From the human T2T-CHM13v2.0 reference genome, Homo sapiens: 64,000 nucleotides of DNA. Each line of letters opens with the position of its first letter. The first letter of the stretch is position 1. Made by a program: the position numbers and the translations under genes. Location: assembly GCF_009914755.1 (NCBI RefSeq), contig NC_060927.1. The stretch is one strand, 5' to 3'. Below the pieces are notes generated by a model. It was not told the origin of the DNA. It saw only the letters and a program-made list of their open reading frames with translations, and searched no databases. Positions 24,150 through 38,659 of the stretch are shown one piece after another.

Positions 24150-25799
24150 TTACCTTTTCACAAATCTCCAACAAGTGTCATGTTTTCAATTGCGTTACTA
24201 TTGCTTCTGTGAGTTTTAAAATTCAAACCTTATATATTCTTATGAAATTATTTTGTTTTTAATGTTATATTTTTGAACTATCTGTATAATTGTATGATAG
24301 TATGAATTTTTTAATGACTAGAAAACTTTTTCTGAATATTTATATAAGCATATTAATTTATCTTACAGTCTAAATAGGTTATAGAGAAAAACAACACTCT
24401 CTTTGCTTATAGAAATATGACAAAATCTTATGAAGGTTGATGGAAGCATTTGACTTAAGAAAATTACTTTTCCACATTAAGAAAGGTGTTTATACAACAA
24501 CATGACTATTAACTACCAGGCGTGATAATTTCTCCATTCTACCAGCTGCTCACATTTAACATTTGCATAATAGTATGAATAGTTTCTATAGTTATTGGTC
24601 TATTTTTATTCCTATTCTATGCTGACACACTTTTATCAAAATAATCACTTCTTTCATAAGCTTTCTGTTGGGTCTAATTTTCTTTTGTAGTTATATGGTA
24701 ATGAGGACATAATGTTTTTCCCACAAGGTAAGTCTGTTGAGTATTCTAAAAACATATCAAGTTTCATTTTATTGATACACACAGTGAAGACTATTTGATT
24801 TCAAATCTAATAAATATTCAGCACAGTACAAAACAGTTTGTGTTTTATGATTTTTATAAGGTGTTCATATTTCTAATACTTTGTTGAACATGTTGTCTCC
24901 TTTGAAATAGGAACCAAATTACATGTTTTCCCTGAATAATTATTCATCATTTATATTGTTGTATTTTTCCTTTTGCAACACATCTATAATTTTTAATAGA
25001 AAGCAACATCTTATATTTCCTTCCTCATATGACTTAGTTAAAATATACTGTGAATATGCTTGTATATCAATAATTATATGTAAACACACATATACCCACA
25101 TGCATCCTTACACATACATGGGACTTTACACCCAATATTTATATCTGTTTGAGCTATAAAAGAAGAGAAATAGAAAACATATTATTTCTGTCTCCTATTA
25201 TTTATTACCCTGGATTTTCAGAACAAATCTGCCAATCACAATTAATACGGTCACTGTTTTTTAAATTTTTTTTATCACTGACTTACCGTGAATATAAAAA
25301 GCTAAAAAAGAGATAAAATTGAAAGCCTTGAAAATTGATAAGATGCAAAAAATTTATATTGATGAATTTTTATAATATTGAGATCATGGATTTCTGGGAC
25401 CTATGTGATAAATTCTAGTATCTAGACCAAATAAGAAGGCTCACGTTGCTTCCCCCAATGAAGAAAGGAAACCCAGAAAAGCTATGCCTCCATCTTAAGG
25501 GGTGAAAAATAAAGTATCAACAAGCAAGCAACTTGCTAATGTAGATTTTGAAACTGGATTTATGGGGATAATTCTCCACTGAAAATCCATGCTCATGAGT
25601 GGGACTTCATAGACATTTCATCTGATATTCAAAGCATTTCAGGATCTATAGGTGGCAGAATGGGAGAATTCAAGCAGGTAATTTTAATTTAACAGGATCC
25701 AGATTATCTTCTGTTTTTATTTGTCTGACAGGTAAAAGGTAAATACTTTTTGGTATGATAAAATTTGACTTCAGCTGTAAACATTGTCATGAATTAATA

Positions 25800-26640
25800 A
25801 TAATTTAGTGAAATATCACAAATGCACAAAGAAAGAAGCATCCTGAGGCTTAACTAGATGAAACAAATGTGAGCAGAATCAAGAACCAAAAACATTTCCA
25901 ATACTGAAATTATGAGACACAGAAAGGTTTTATTTAGCTAATTACATGAAAGATAAGTTAAATATATGAGAAAGGAAGAGGAATCTATAAAAATTAAGAA
26001 GTTTTGAAAATTTAGAAATTTTAAAACTTAAAAAATTAATGACTAAATTAAAAAAATACTAAGTTAGTTAAACCACATATTAGATCAAGCTGAAGCGGTA
26101 TCTGGTTGGTCAGTTATATAATAGATGTGAAGCAATAAACTAGAATGCAATTCAGGAAAACAAAAAAAGGAAATATGAAAGATTAAGGTGCATATCAAGG
26201 AGAATAAAAATATGTAACTTTTATTTGATGAAGTTTCCAAAAGGATACCTGGAGAATTAATTATAAAAGAGAAAATTATCAAAACAGTAATGACTGACAG
26301 AATCTGTCAGAATTACTGAAAAATTCTCAGTTCTATAAACACAAAAGTAACCAAGATAAATGAATCCTAGACTAATCATATAATAATAAAAATGAAAAAA
26401 AAAAAAAGAGAACCTCTTATAAATAAAAACGAAAGGAAAGAGAGACTAGTTTCAAAACAATTCAATTAGATTGATGATTGATTTATCAGCAACAAAGGGA
26501 ACTAGAAGAACCTAGTATGTTTTCCCTACTTTAGCTTCCTACATTTTGATGTTTCGTGAGAATATTTTTATGAATATCGCAAAACAGTTCAATTAAAGAC
26601 AGTGTTTTTATTCGTGCAAAATTTCTGCTCATAGCAATTA
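25800..26640 (+). mobile_element. Ancient L1M ORF1-region remnant
   Basis: A-rich strand bias with motifs such as ATACTGAAATTATGAGACACAGA and ATTAGATTGATGATTGATTTATCAGCAACA; boundaries uncertain. Confidence 0.45.
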
Positions 26641-27279
26641 TAAACTCTAAACAAAATATACAAAACAACTATTTGCAAACAATAAAATATTTATTTGGTT
26701 TTTATTTAATTTTATTTTACAATCCGTAATACCACATAATATGGCAGAGATAGTAATATTTGATGCTGTGTTCATCAACAAAAATAACAGTATTATTTTT
26801 CATTCTTTAAAAAATGATTTTTTTTTTTTAGGCATCACACATTCTTAATAACTGCGAAGGTGAAGAGAAGCCATTGTTTACTAAATTGCAAAGTACCTCT
26901 TGCTGTGAAAGTAGCTCTATTCCAGATAGTATAGTGTAGGATTTTAAAGACAAGAATTTAGGTATTCTTAGGTAATACTGCCCATTTACCTTCTACAGGG
27001 ATTATACAATGCTTTGTTTTTATCAGTCCAAAGCCAACAATTTCACCACCAAGGCGAAGAAGGTGTTATAACATGAGAAGACATTAGAAAAACTAACCAG
27101 GAAGATGTTAGAGAACAACAATAGAAACAACACTTTGCAGTGATGTCCTCTCATAACAGATTTACCAGAATGTCTCTATCAATGCACCTCCATAGCATTT
27201 CTTTCTAAACTCTCAATGAGTGTTTCTAACTGCCTTCCAGAAGCAAAGGCAAATCATCCTTGGATAAGTCTCAAATTAT

Positions 27280-29800
27280 CTCTGTAATTTTTAAATAATA
27301 TATCCAGCATTTAATTAAAAATTGATTAGAATAAGAAGAAACAAGATGAAATTTCCAAAATTGCAACAGAAGAAGAAGGTCAATATTCTTATAAGAAATT
27401 CAAATATTTATTTTCTCAAGAAATTGAAGACAACATGAAGGATTTTGAAAGAAGGAAGTATTGTTTTTACAAAAAAATCAAATGGAAATGTTAGAACTGA
27501 AAAATGCAATAACTAAAAGTAAGAACTAAAAATAATAGGGGTTTAACGATAGTGTAGACACAGAAGAGGAGAAGATTAGTAAATAAAAATAAGTCATTAG
27601 AAAATATTGTAACTAAAAGAGAAAGAGAAGAAAAGAAACTGAGTAAAAGAGCAGGAGTTATATATGGGATACCATGAAATTTCTAACATACTGTGGAAGA
27701 TACAGAAGAAAGGAAGATAGAAAAAGATGCAGAAGAAATAGATAAAAAGATAGATAAGTTTTCCAAAATCAGTTAAAACTTCAAGCCATATATTAAATAA
27801 ACAAAATCCAAGCAGAATAAATACAAAGAAAGTAATATTTTAAAGAATTATCAAGAGATCCAGGAATGGAAAAGGCAAGAACCAGAGAGAATGAAAATAA
27901 AAAACCTAGTGAAAGTGTCATTCAAAACTGAAGGCATAATACAGACATTTTAGTACCAAAATAATCTGACCAAGTTTGTCACGTAAACACCTACACCAAA
28001 GAAAACACAAAGGAAAGACTTCAGGCAGAAAGATTATGTGCCAAAATAGAAATAAAAAGATGCAAAAAGGAATGAAAATCTAAATAAATCAATAAATATG
28101 TAGGTAAATATAAATTAAAGTTAACAATATAAAATAATAATAATGTGGATTTTAAAATATATAGAATTAAAATACATGACAAAAAATAACACTAAAGTCA
28201 CTAAGCTTGCATATTGAATTAGTTTTCTAGGATCCTAACACCGAAAAGAATATAACATAAATGTGTATTTATACTCTTTTAAATAATCAGAGGAAAATGC
28301 TGTAATCTGTAGTTAAATTACTAAGTCAAATAATATATAGCTAAAAAGTTGCTGTAGAAGAGTAATGAAACAGGAAAATATAGTAAATTGAATGAAAAGA
28401 ATGGAAGACAGTGAAACAAAAAGAAATAAAGAATGGATGAGACAACTAGAAAATGAATTTCAAGTTAGTAATTTAAACCACACATTTCAATAATGTCATT
28501 AGGTTAAAATAATATAAAACTCCAGTTGTAAAGCAAACTTTGTCTGACTTATAAATACAACAAAATGTCACTCTCTGCTGGTTGAAAGAAACACAACTTA
28601 AATATATTTTAAAAATTGACAGTAAAGAAATGAAAAGGATATGTCACCCCTATGTTTATCAAGCGTAAGCTAGTGGAGCTATAGTTGATATCATGTAGTC
28701 ATTATTAGAGATAGAGAGGTATATTTTAGAGTGATGAAAGGGCTAATTCATAGGAAGATATAAAAACTCTTACTGGGCCAGGCGCAGTGAGTGGCTCATG
28801 CCTGTAATCCCAGTACTTTGGGAGGCCGAGGCGGGAGGATCACAAGGTCAGGAAATCGAGACCATCCTGGCAAACACGGTGAAACCCTGTCTATACTAAA
28901 ATACAAAAAATTAGTTGGGCGTGATGGTGCGTGCCTGTAATGTCAGCTACTCAGGAGGCTGAAGCAGAGGAATCACTTGAACCTGGGAGGCAAGGATTGC
29001 AGTGAGATCGTGCCACTGCACTCCAGCCTGACAACAGAGCTAGATTCAAAAAAAAAAAAAACCTCTTACTTAGTATAAATTGAAAATCAAATAGCAAAAC
29101 ATAAAGCTACCCTCCACCCCCCAAAAATAAAACCATACTTATTGTCAGAGATTTAAATACACTTCATCTGGTAACTTATTGAAAAATGGGACAAAACATC
29201 ATTATGGTTACAGAAGATTTAAACAGCATATTTAATTATAGCTAGAATTTACTGAAAATGAGTCACTGGAAAAATACCTAAAGGTTTAGAAATTAAGCAA
29301 TATAACTCTAAATAACTTATAGGCCAAAAGATAACTCACAATTGAAATAAGTATTTAATCTGACAAATATTTTGTAATACAGCAAAATTTGTTGATACAC
29401 ACATAATCAGAGTTATATGGAGAGCCTTAAATGTATATATTAGAAGATGGAAATTATTCATTTAAGTACTATTTTTAGAAGTTTTGAAAAAAAGTAAAGG
29501 CAAAGAAAATAGTAGACAATAAAAAAGTATGCTAAGAGCAGAAATGAATGAAATAGGAGAAATAAAATAAATAGAAATAAGAAATTCAATTTTGGTTCTT
29601 TGAAAACACTAGTAAATTTGGTAAATACCTGACAAAACTAGTTGAGACAAATAAGTTAGAGACAATAGAGAATACTCACGTTTTTAATGGATATTACTAC
29701 AGATCCTACTAAAAATAAACAGAGATAAATAAGATATGAACAACATTTTTACCAATAAATTTGAAAATGCAGATCAAATAAATTTCCAGATAATCCTAGA
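27280..29800 (+). mobile_element. Ancient L1M ORF1 to ORF2 remnant
   Basis: AATCAAATGGAAATGTTAGAACTGAAAAATGCAATAACT (ORF1), endonuclease-like GGCTAATTCATAGGAAGATATAA, and GATATTACTACAGATCCTAC (ORF2). Confidence 0.75.
28776..29061 (+). mobile_element. AluSc-like element
   Basis: GGATCACAAGGTCAGGAAATCGAGACCATCCTGGC, poly(A), flanked on both sides by CTCTTACT. Confidence 0.93.
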
Positions 29801-29853
29801 TGGACAAAAGATTTTTTAAATATTCAGCAATCATTTAAAATATAAGGTCTAGA

Positions 29854-30039
29854 TTGAGGGTCAGCAAATTCTTACTTAAAGGGCAAGATAGTAAATATTT
29901 CAGGTCTGTAAGCCATACAGTTTCAGTCATAACTCTCCAGCCCTGCTGTTGAAGCATGTAACTGCCCAGACAATATGCAAATAATCGCTATTATGTCTCA
30001 ATACAATTTATGAAAATAGACTATAGTTTGCTAATACTG
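29854..30039. mobile_element. MER58A (hAT-Charlie MITE)
   Basis: GGGTCAGCAAA...AAAGGGCAAGATAGTAAATATTT...TAGTTTGCTAATACTG; TCTAG-containing hAT-type target on both sides. Confidence 0.8.
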
Positions 30040-31063
30040 CTCTAGCAGGTCCTCACAGTGAACATAAGAGAAAAATTAACTGCAGCGTCCAGAACGGAGT
30101 GAGAAAATGCATTTGCACTATGCCAGAACACCTTTCTCCTAACAATCCTGCTGTCAGAAAAAAACAAAACTAAACTAAATGAACAAACAAACAAAAAAGA
30201 TTTTACCGGAGCCTAACTTGCTGGGGTTTTATCAGTGCCTAAACATTTAGAGGAAGGAAATACCCAACTTCATCCCCTTATAGTCATCCTATCCCACCTA
30301 AGGGGTAAAGTAAATACTGAGAAGCACAGATAAAGTTCACAATCCAGAGACACAGCTTACCAAAGGGTGACATAGTTATAAGACTATAAAACATGTCCTT
30401 ATAGTCTTATGTGCCCCACCCCATTTACCCCATGTGCTTCACCCCCTTACCATTATAATACTAAAAGCCTACTTACCCTAGTTTCATCTACCCAGTACAT
30501 CATGGCAACCAACCTTTCAACAAAAAGTTACAGAATATATTAAAAATACAAAAAATACCAGCTTAAAGAGAACAAATACACACCAGAACCAGAGTCAGAA
30601 ATGACAGGAATGTGGAATTATACAAGAAATTTAAAATAAATATGCGAGGGCTTTATTAGAAAAAGTAGAAGGCACGAAAGAATATATGCACAATGTAAGC
30701 AGGGAGATGGACAGTCTAAGAAAAAAATGATAATAATAGAAAACCTTGTAACAAAACTAAAGAATACCTTGCATGAACTCATTAGTAGACTGGACTCCAC
30801 AGAGGAAAGTATTTCTGAGTTTGAGGATATGACACTGCCTACTTCCAAAACTAAAAAGAGAAAAAATGGCAAAAACAAAACAATACAGAAACAAAAATCA
30901 GAATAGAATTTACAAAAAATATGAAACAACTACAAAAAAATGAATATATGCCTAATTAAATACCAGAAGGAGGAGAGAGGAATAAAGCAATATTTAAAGC
31001 AACAGTGTCAGCAAATTTCCCCGAATTTATCAAGCACCAAACCATAGATTCAGAAAACTCAGA

Positions 31064-31391
31064 GACCAGACGCGGTGTCACATGCCTGTAATCCCAGCAC
31101 TTTCGGGGGCTGAGGAGGGCTGATCACTTGAGGTCAGGAGTTTGAGACCAGCCTGGCCAACATGGTGAAACCCTCTCTCTACTAAAAACACAAAAATTAG
31201 CCAGGCATGGTGGTGCATGCCTGTAATTCCAGCTACTCAGGAGGCTTAGGTGGAGGATCACTGGAACCCGGGCTGCAGAGGTTGCAGTGAGCCGAGATCA
31301 TGCCACTGCACTCCAGCCTGGGCAAGAGAGTTAGATTCTGTCTCAAAACAACAACAACAACAAAAACAAAAACAAACAAAAACAAGGAAAC
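31064..31391 (+). mobile_element. AluS element with (CAA)/(CAAAA) tail
   Basis: Full dimer, flanked by AAAACTCA on both sides. Confidence 0.93.
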
Positions 31392-31794
31392 AAAAACTCA
31401 AAACCAAACCAAAAGCAGAGTAAGTGCAAAAAAAGATAGAGGAAAAAAAAAAGAACACACCTGTATCTAGACATATCATATTAAAACTTCAGAAAATCAA
31501 AGATAAATGATATTGAAAGAAGCCAGAGGGAGGAAAAAAGGTGCACAATTATTTATATAAGGGCCAATGTAAGATTAATACCTCATTCTCCTCAGAAACC
31601 ATGAAAGCAAGAAAATAGGGGACTGAAATATCTACCACACTGGGAGATAAAAAATGTAAACCAAAATTTTGGTACCTACCAAAACTATTCTTCAAAAGTA
31701 AAAAATAATAATAAAACCTTTCTCTGGCACACTATATTGAGGAAATTTGTTGCCAGTACACCTGCCTTGCAAAAAATTGTTAAAAGAAGTTCTT

Positions 31795-32064
<270 letters not shown>

Positions 32065-34932
32065 AAGTTCTTCTACAGAGATGGAAAATGACATAGGCCA
32101 GAAACTGAGCTCTACATACAGAAAAGAAGAATGTTGAAGAGTTGAAGAATAAATAAGTAAAGATAAAAAGTTTCATGTTTCTTATTCTAAATTGATCTAA
32201 CAGATAAGAGTTATTCAAAGTAATAATAGCAAAATTCACACAAGAAAGACAATCTGCATAGGTCTCTCTCTCTATATATATCTATTAAATAAATTGAATC
32301 AGTAATGAATACACTTCTTAAACAAAAAGCACCATACCAGGATGAGTTCACTGGCAAATTTTATCAAATATTAAAATAAATAATTGCACCAATTATTTGT
32401 AACCTCTTCCAGAAGATACAAACAGAGAGGCTTTCTAATTAATTCTATGAGATCAGCATTACCATAATACCAAATCCAGATGATAACATTACAAAGATAA
32501 TTACACACCAATAACTCTCATGAACATGAATGCAAAAATCTTCAATAAAACTATTAGCAAATTGAATCAAGCAAGGTATAAATAGCATGATATATCATGA
32601 ACAAGTAGAATTTTTCCCAAGTATTCAAGGCTGGTTCAACAATAGAAAAACAGTTAATGTAACCCATCACATCCATAGGCTCATAAACAAGAATCACATG
32701 ACCATATCTTTAGATATATATTTTTTAATTCACAAAATTTAGCACTCTTTAATAATAAAAACCCTCAGTAACCTTGGAATAAAGGGAAACTTTCTCAACT
32801 AGGTTAAACAACATCACCAACTAATATCATATTTAATAAGGAGAAATTCAACTGATGGTTTTTCACTAAGGAATAAGGTAAGGATGTCTCCTCTCACCCC
32901 TGCTTTTCAACATCATCTTGAAAGTCCCAGCTAAAGCAATAACAAAAGACGAAACCCAAAACATAAAAAAAGACAAAAACATAAATGGTACACAGCTTGG
33001 AAAAGAAGAAATAAAATTGCTTTTTTTTTTTACAGACTACATGATTACTTTTGTATTTTTTTAAATTTATAAGTAAAACAAAACTCCTGGAACTGATAAG
33101 CAATTATAGCAAGTTTGTGGGATATAAGATTATACACAAAAGCCAGCTGCTTTCCTGTGTATCAGTAATTAAAAATGAAATTTAAATTTAAAAAGATATT
33201 ACCATTTAAATTAGCACCTCAAAAATGAAATACTTAGGTATAAACCAAATATGTTCAAAATTATATGAGGAGAACTATAAACCTCCGATGAAAGATAACA
33301 AGGAAAAAGTAAATAAATGGAGAAATACTCTACGTTCATGGGTAGGAAAGAAAAACATTACCAATATGTCAGTTTTCCCATCTCAATATATAGATTTAAC
33401 ATAATTTTCATCAAAATTCCAGCAGGTTATTTTGTGCATATCAACAAGCCAATTCCAGATTATATGGGAAGGTAAAATATCCAGACTAACAAGTCAGTAT
33501 TGAAGGAAAAGAACAAAACTAGAGGACTCTCTCTAACTTAAAGACAAACTATAATGTTACAATAATCAAGACGTGGCAATGATGAAAGAATAGACAAATA
33601 GATTAATACATTAGAATAAAGAGTTCAGAAGGAGACCCACATACTTATAATCAACTAATTGATCTTTGACAAAGAAACAAAAGCAATGCAATGAAGCAGA
33701 GATAGTCTTTTCAATCGATGGTGAAACAATGGATTTTAGACATTACATGCAAACAAATAATCTAGACACAGATCTCACAATATTTACAATAATTAACTCA
33801 AAATAGATTACAGACACAAATGTAAGAGCCAAAACTCAAACTCTTTGAAGATTACATAGGAGAAAACCTTGATAACCTGGGATACGGTGATGACTTTTTA
33901 GATACAACATAATCAGCATCATCCACGAAAAAAAGAATTGATAACCTGGACTTCATTAAAATTTAAAACTGTTGCCCTGTATATGACTATATGTCACAAA
34001 GATTAGGATAATATAATTACAAACATATATTGATAAAGGTGCAGTATCCAAAATATACAAAGTAACTCAAAATTAAGAAAACAAACTGATTTTAAAAACT
34101 GGGCAAGGGATCTGTACACATATTTCACCAATGAAAATACACAAATGGCAAGTATGAAAATGAAAAAATGTTAAAAATCATGTGTCATTAGAAAATATTA
34201 AAATTAAAATAATAATTAGATACCACTACACTTCTGTTGAAATAGGCAAAATCTAAAACACTGAAAACACCAAATGATGGCAAGCATGTGAACAAGATGG
34301 AAGTCTCATTTATTTCTGGTGGGAATACCAAATAGTATAACCACGTTGGAAGTGAGTTTGGTATTTTCTTATACAAATAAAACATATTAATACCATATGA
34401 TCCAACTACCACATTCTATAATATTTACCCAAATGAATTGAAAACTTATATCCACACAAAAACTGTATGTAAATATCGATAGCAGCTTTAGTCATAATTG
34501 ACAAAATTTGAAAGCAACCAAGCAACCAAGATGTTCTTTAGTAGATGAGTTGATAAACTACGGTACATCCAGACAATAGAATACTATTCAGTGCTGAAAA
34601 ATAAATGAACTACCAAACTATAAAAAGACATAAAACAATATCTTAAATGCATATTACTAAAAGAAAAAAGCCAGTCTGAAAGGCTTTGTACTGTATGATT
34701 TCAACCATATCATTCTAGAAAAGGCAAAACTATGAAGAGAGTAAAAAGATAAGCAGTTCCCAGGAATTAAGGGAGAGGGAGAGATGAATAGGAAGAACAA
34801 AGAGGATTTCTGGGGAAGTGAAACTTTTCTGTACATTGTGGATACACATCACTATATATTTTTCAAAACCCATAGCATAAATAATGCCAAGAGTGAGCTG
34901 TAATGTAAACTACGGACTTTAGGTTATGACGA

Positions 34933-36107
34933 TGTCACAGGATCCTTTAGGTGTTGCTTTGCCAGCTGGAAACCTCTGTGGCTGTCAGTGTCTCTGCCTG
35001 AGTTTCCCTCATGCCCACTGGGCTTGTTCCACCTATTGGGACTGGCAGGCAGTGCTCTGCTTGTACTACCAGCCTGGATCCCATGCCTGCCAAGGGCCAG
35101 CCAGGTGCAGAGGAATGAGGGATGTGTGAGCGAGTGAGTGCAGGGCTACTGCACACAGCCAGGCATGCCAACTGCTGTGGCAGGGTGGGCAGCTCCAGGT
35201 ACTGTCACAGGCACCGGCTCCATGCGAGGCAGTAGCTGGACTAGGCGTACAACAAGCCACTTCTGCTGCAGGTGCCAGCATCCGGTCAGGAAAAGGGGAA
35301 TGCCATGGTCCCAGAAAACTTGGAGACGCCAACAGCTGCAGAGCTCCTAGGGTTGGGGGGTGTCCTACAACTCTCTCATTCCCACCACCCACAGCTCTGC
35401 AAATGGGCAGGGACATGTTTCAGCTCCTTCAGTCCCATGCTTTGCTCTGTCCAGTGTCTCCTGGGCTCCTCTCCACCACTTCGTGTCACTGGAGCACGAA
35501 GGCTATCGTGTTTAAACTCTGGCTTGGAAAATCCTGAGGCCTGGGCCCCGCAAAGGGTGGCTGCACTTTACTTCTGGTCCAGCAAACAGGAGCATGTCAC
35601 CATCCAGAGCTCAGCAATCTGGCCAAGAACGTGTTACAGCCCTTTTCATGTCCTCCTTTTGGTGGATCCCAAGTTCTTGTCCTGTCTCCAAGAAGAATGC
35701 AGTTATGTGGACAAATGGAGAATGAGCAAGGCAGAGAAGAGTTTTACTGACAGACAGAACAGCTCTCAGTGAAGAGGATTCCCCTAGTGGGTAACTCCTA
35801 CCTACAGGCAGGTAGCCCTGAACTTGTGGCTGAGTCCAGGGTTTTACGGTCTCAGAAGGGAGGAAGTGCATTCTGATTGGTCTATGGGCAGGAAGAAGTG
35901 CATGCTGATTTGTCCATGGGTGGGCCTGGAAAAAGCACCATTTGATTGGCTAAAAAGCATCAAGGAAGTTTTCACTCTGGGTGGTGAATTCTACCCAGAA
36001 CTGGCAGCCTAATTTTCAGGCTTCAGGTTGCCTTTGGCTTGAAGCTTGGGTTTCATTGGGACCCGCCCCTTCCTGCCTAGGAATTTGTCTGCCTCCTGCC
36101 ACTATTG
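34933..36107 (-). mobile_element. ERV1 solo LTR of the LTR27/LTR28/MER52 group
   Basis: GC-rich 1.17-kb block splitting the L1MC1 3' UTR; minus-strand start AGTGGCAGGAGGCAGACAAATTCCTAGGCAG, repeated CCAAT boxes, end GGATCCTGTGACA. Exact subfamily uncertain. Confidence 0.8.
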
Positions 36108-37893
36108 TTATTTCAATGTAGGTTAATTGATTATAATATACATACCAGTGTGGTGCAGCATATGGATAGTGGGGAAGTTTGTGTGTGTATGAAGACAGGG
36201 GGTGTATGGGAACTCTGTATTTTCTGTTAAATTTTGCTCTAAAGCTGAAACTGCTTTAAGAAATAAAGTTTATTAATTAAAAAAAAAACAGAGACTTGGA
36301 TATTTTAATACAAAATATCTCATATTTAAAACTTTATAGGGTCCAATGGAAATATGACCAAAGGCTGAATTTTAGTCTGTAGGCAAATTTCCTCCTATGA
36401 ATGTATAGAATGCTATGTATCATAGCAGAAAAAAGAAAATAATCTTATTCACCTTCATAAACTATTTCTGTTGGAAACAAAATATATATGTTTTCAGAAT
36501 GACCTGGTTTGGGACCTTAAATAATTTTTATAGGATAAAATTCTCATTACCACTTAAGGTAATAAGTCCTATAATTTGTAAGATTAAAAATTACATTGAA
36601 AGTGATTTTTCAATCCTATTGATCTCTTCATTCTTCATGATTGATAGTTAAGATGGTAACAAAACATTTTCAAAAGAAAAATTATGTATTTAAGCCAAAA
36701 CTTTTAGAAAAACTTAAATTCCCTTAGTAGATAAATTTACATAATATTTTCAGTGACTAGTTTCTAAATACATAATAACAGAGAATATTGAACATACCTA
36801 TTTACATGTTATAAAATGAAAGGTCATTACTATTTATAATTCTCTACAATGCTTCATTTAAAAGTACGTATGTAAGTTATTTTATACAGGAGACCCAACC
36901 TGATTTAAGAATTACCTTGAAAATCTTCTCTAAAATTGGAAAATCAACTATCAATAATTTGGTCACATATTTAGCTAACTTCCAATTGATGACATTAATT
37001 TATATTTCTCATATCTTAATGTAAATCTTTTTGGTGTATTTATCAATTTACTAGAAACAAAATTAAACAGGTGAGATATAGAAAGAGTAATGTTTGCCTG
37101 TGTCACTGATATAAATTGGGAGCATTGTTATAAATGGTGTTTTCAAAATTCATTAATATTTTTACTCTTGTCACACAGATCTGTCATCATGAATAAAAAG
37201 GAGAAATTTTAATGAAAGAAATACTGCCCCTCTTTTTTTTTCTTCTTCTGTTGGTTAAAAAGTTGCTTGAAAATATGTTGAAAATATGTTTGTAGCATTT
37301 CTATGTGTAAGTAAACATTCTGAGCACAGCCGCATGTACAAAACCATGGGAATAAAATTCAACTACTTTAATCTTTCCATTTACTTAATAACTAAATAAA
37401 AATAGGTCTAAAGACTAAATGATGAACAGACTTACATAATTTGTTAACAAAACTTCTTATGTTTCTAGATATGTTGGAAGTATAATTACAATGAATTATA
37501 TTTTTTCAAAGAATATTGCTTTGTATTACACATTGAAAATGCATATAATTATTTTAGTTTCTTATTTACATAGAAGAAACACAGTTTTGCTTCAATAACT
37601 TAAGCAAACCTTAAAATGATAAACCAGCTAATCATGTGTATATATTTATCATTGCTTTTTATTTGGGAAAACTAAGGCTTCTTCAAAAGCAAAACTACAA
37701 AATTGTGTTTATTATTTTTTGTTGCATAAAAACTTTTCTATGTCATATTATCCAAGAAGAGAAAACTCTTCAGGGGAGGCATATGGTCTTCATTAGTTTA
37801 GGCACACCTAGCACAATGCATGACTCTTACAAGATGCTTAATAGTCATAGTTTGTCATATAAGAAGTTGCAATTAATGAAGTATAGTTTGTTC

Positions 37894-38140
37894 TTTTTTT
37901 TTTTTTTTTTTTTTTTTGACGAAGTCAGCCTCATGGATTCAGGCAATTCTTCTGCCTCAGCCTTCCGAGTAGCTGGGATTACAGGCTCATGCCACCACGT
38001 CTGGCTAGTTTTTGTATTTTTAGTACAGATGGGGTTTCACTATATTGGTCAGGCTGGTCTCAAACTCCTGACCTCATGTGATCTGCCCGCCTCAGCCTCC
38101 CAAAGTGATGAGATTACAGGTCCAGCCACCATGCCCAGCC
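37894..38140 (-). mobile_element. AluS element with internal deletion in the right arm
   Basis: TSD AGTTTGTTCTTTT on both sides; GAAGTC joined directly to AGCCTC, about 60 bp missing. Confidence 0.92.
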
Positions 38141-38164
38141 AGTTTGTTCTTTTTTTTATAAGGA

Positions 38165-38450
38165 GCAAAACTATCTCTATTCATATTTAGCATGATCCTG
38201 TATATAGAAAACCATAAGCAGCCTACACACACTAAAAAAAAACAAGTATTAGAACTAACAGATTCAGCAAGTGTCAGATTATAAAATCAAAATATAGAAA
38301 GTATTTCTGTTTCTATACACTAACAATGAACAATTTGAAAATAAAATAAAGGAAATTATTTTATTTACAATAGTATTGAAAACAAATAGCAGTGCCCTTT
38401 AAAAAAGAGGTGTAAAACTTACCCCGTGAAATTATAAAACATCATTGCTA
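38165..38450 (+). mobile_element. L1M ORF2 (RT region) fragment
   Basis: CATGATCCTGTATATAGAAAACC, TATTAGAACTAA, TTTCTATACACTAACAATGAACAA. Confidence 0.75.
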
Positions 38451-38659
38451 TTGAACATTTTCTTTCCTTTTAGTATGTCCCAAGATCTAGGTTTTAGAAA
38501 AACAAGAGTTAATACTTCTTAAAAATTATGAATCCATGGAAGCTTAAGGGAAGAGTAGACAGGTTCTAATTCTGTTTTCAACACCTATTAATTGTGATAC
38601 CTTGGGCAAGTTACACAACTCCATTTGACTTTTCAAAAAACTGACTTTAGACATGTAAC

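Noticed and set aside
26815-26980. Exon candidate after the T-run acceptor at 26831
   Set aside because: No convincing paired donor; the poly(T) alone explains the acceptor look.
34926-36012. Cluster of overlapping ORFs in a GC-rich block, possible gene or CpG island
   Set aside because: It coincides with an ERV1 LTR; CpGs are mostly decayed and high GC explains the open frames.
37636-38190. 184-aa ORF, and similar ORFs at 23826, 31780 and 58289
   Set aside because: Antisense Alu translations with typical [14 protein letters not shown]-like text.
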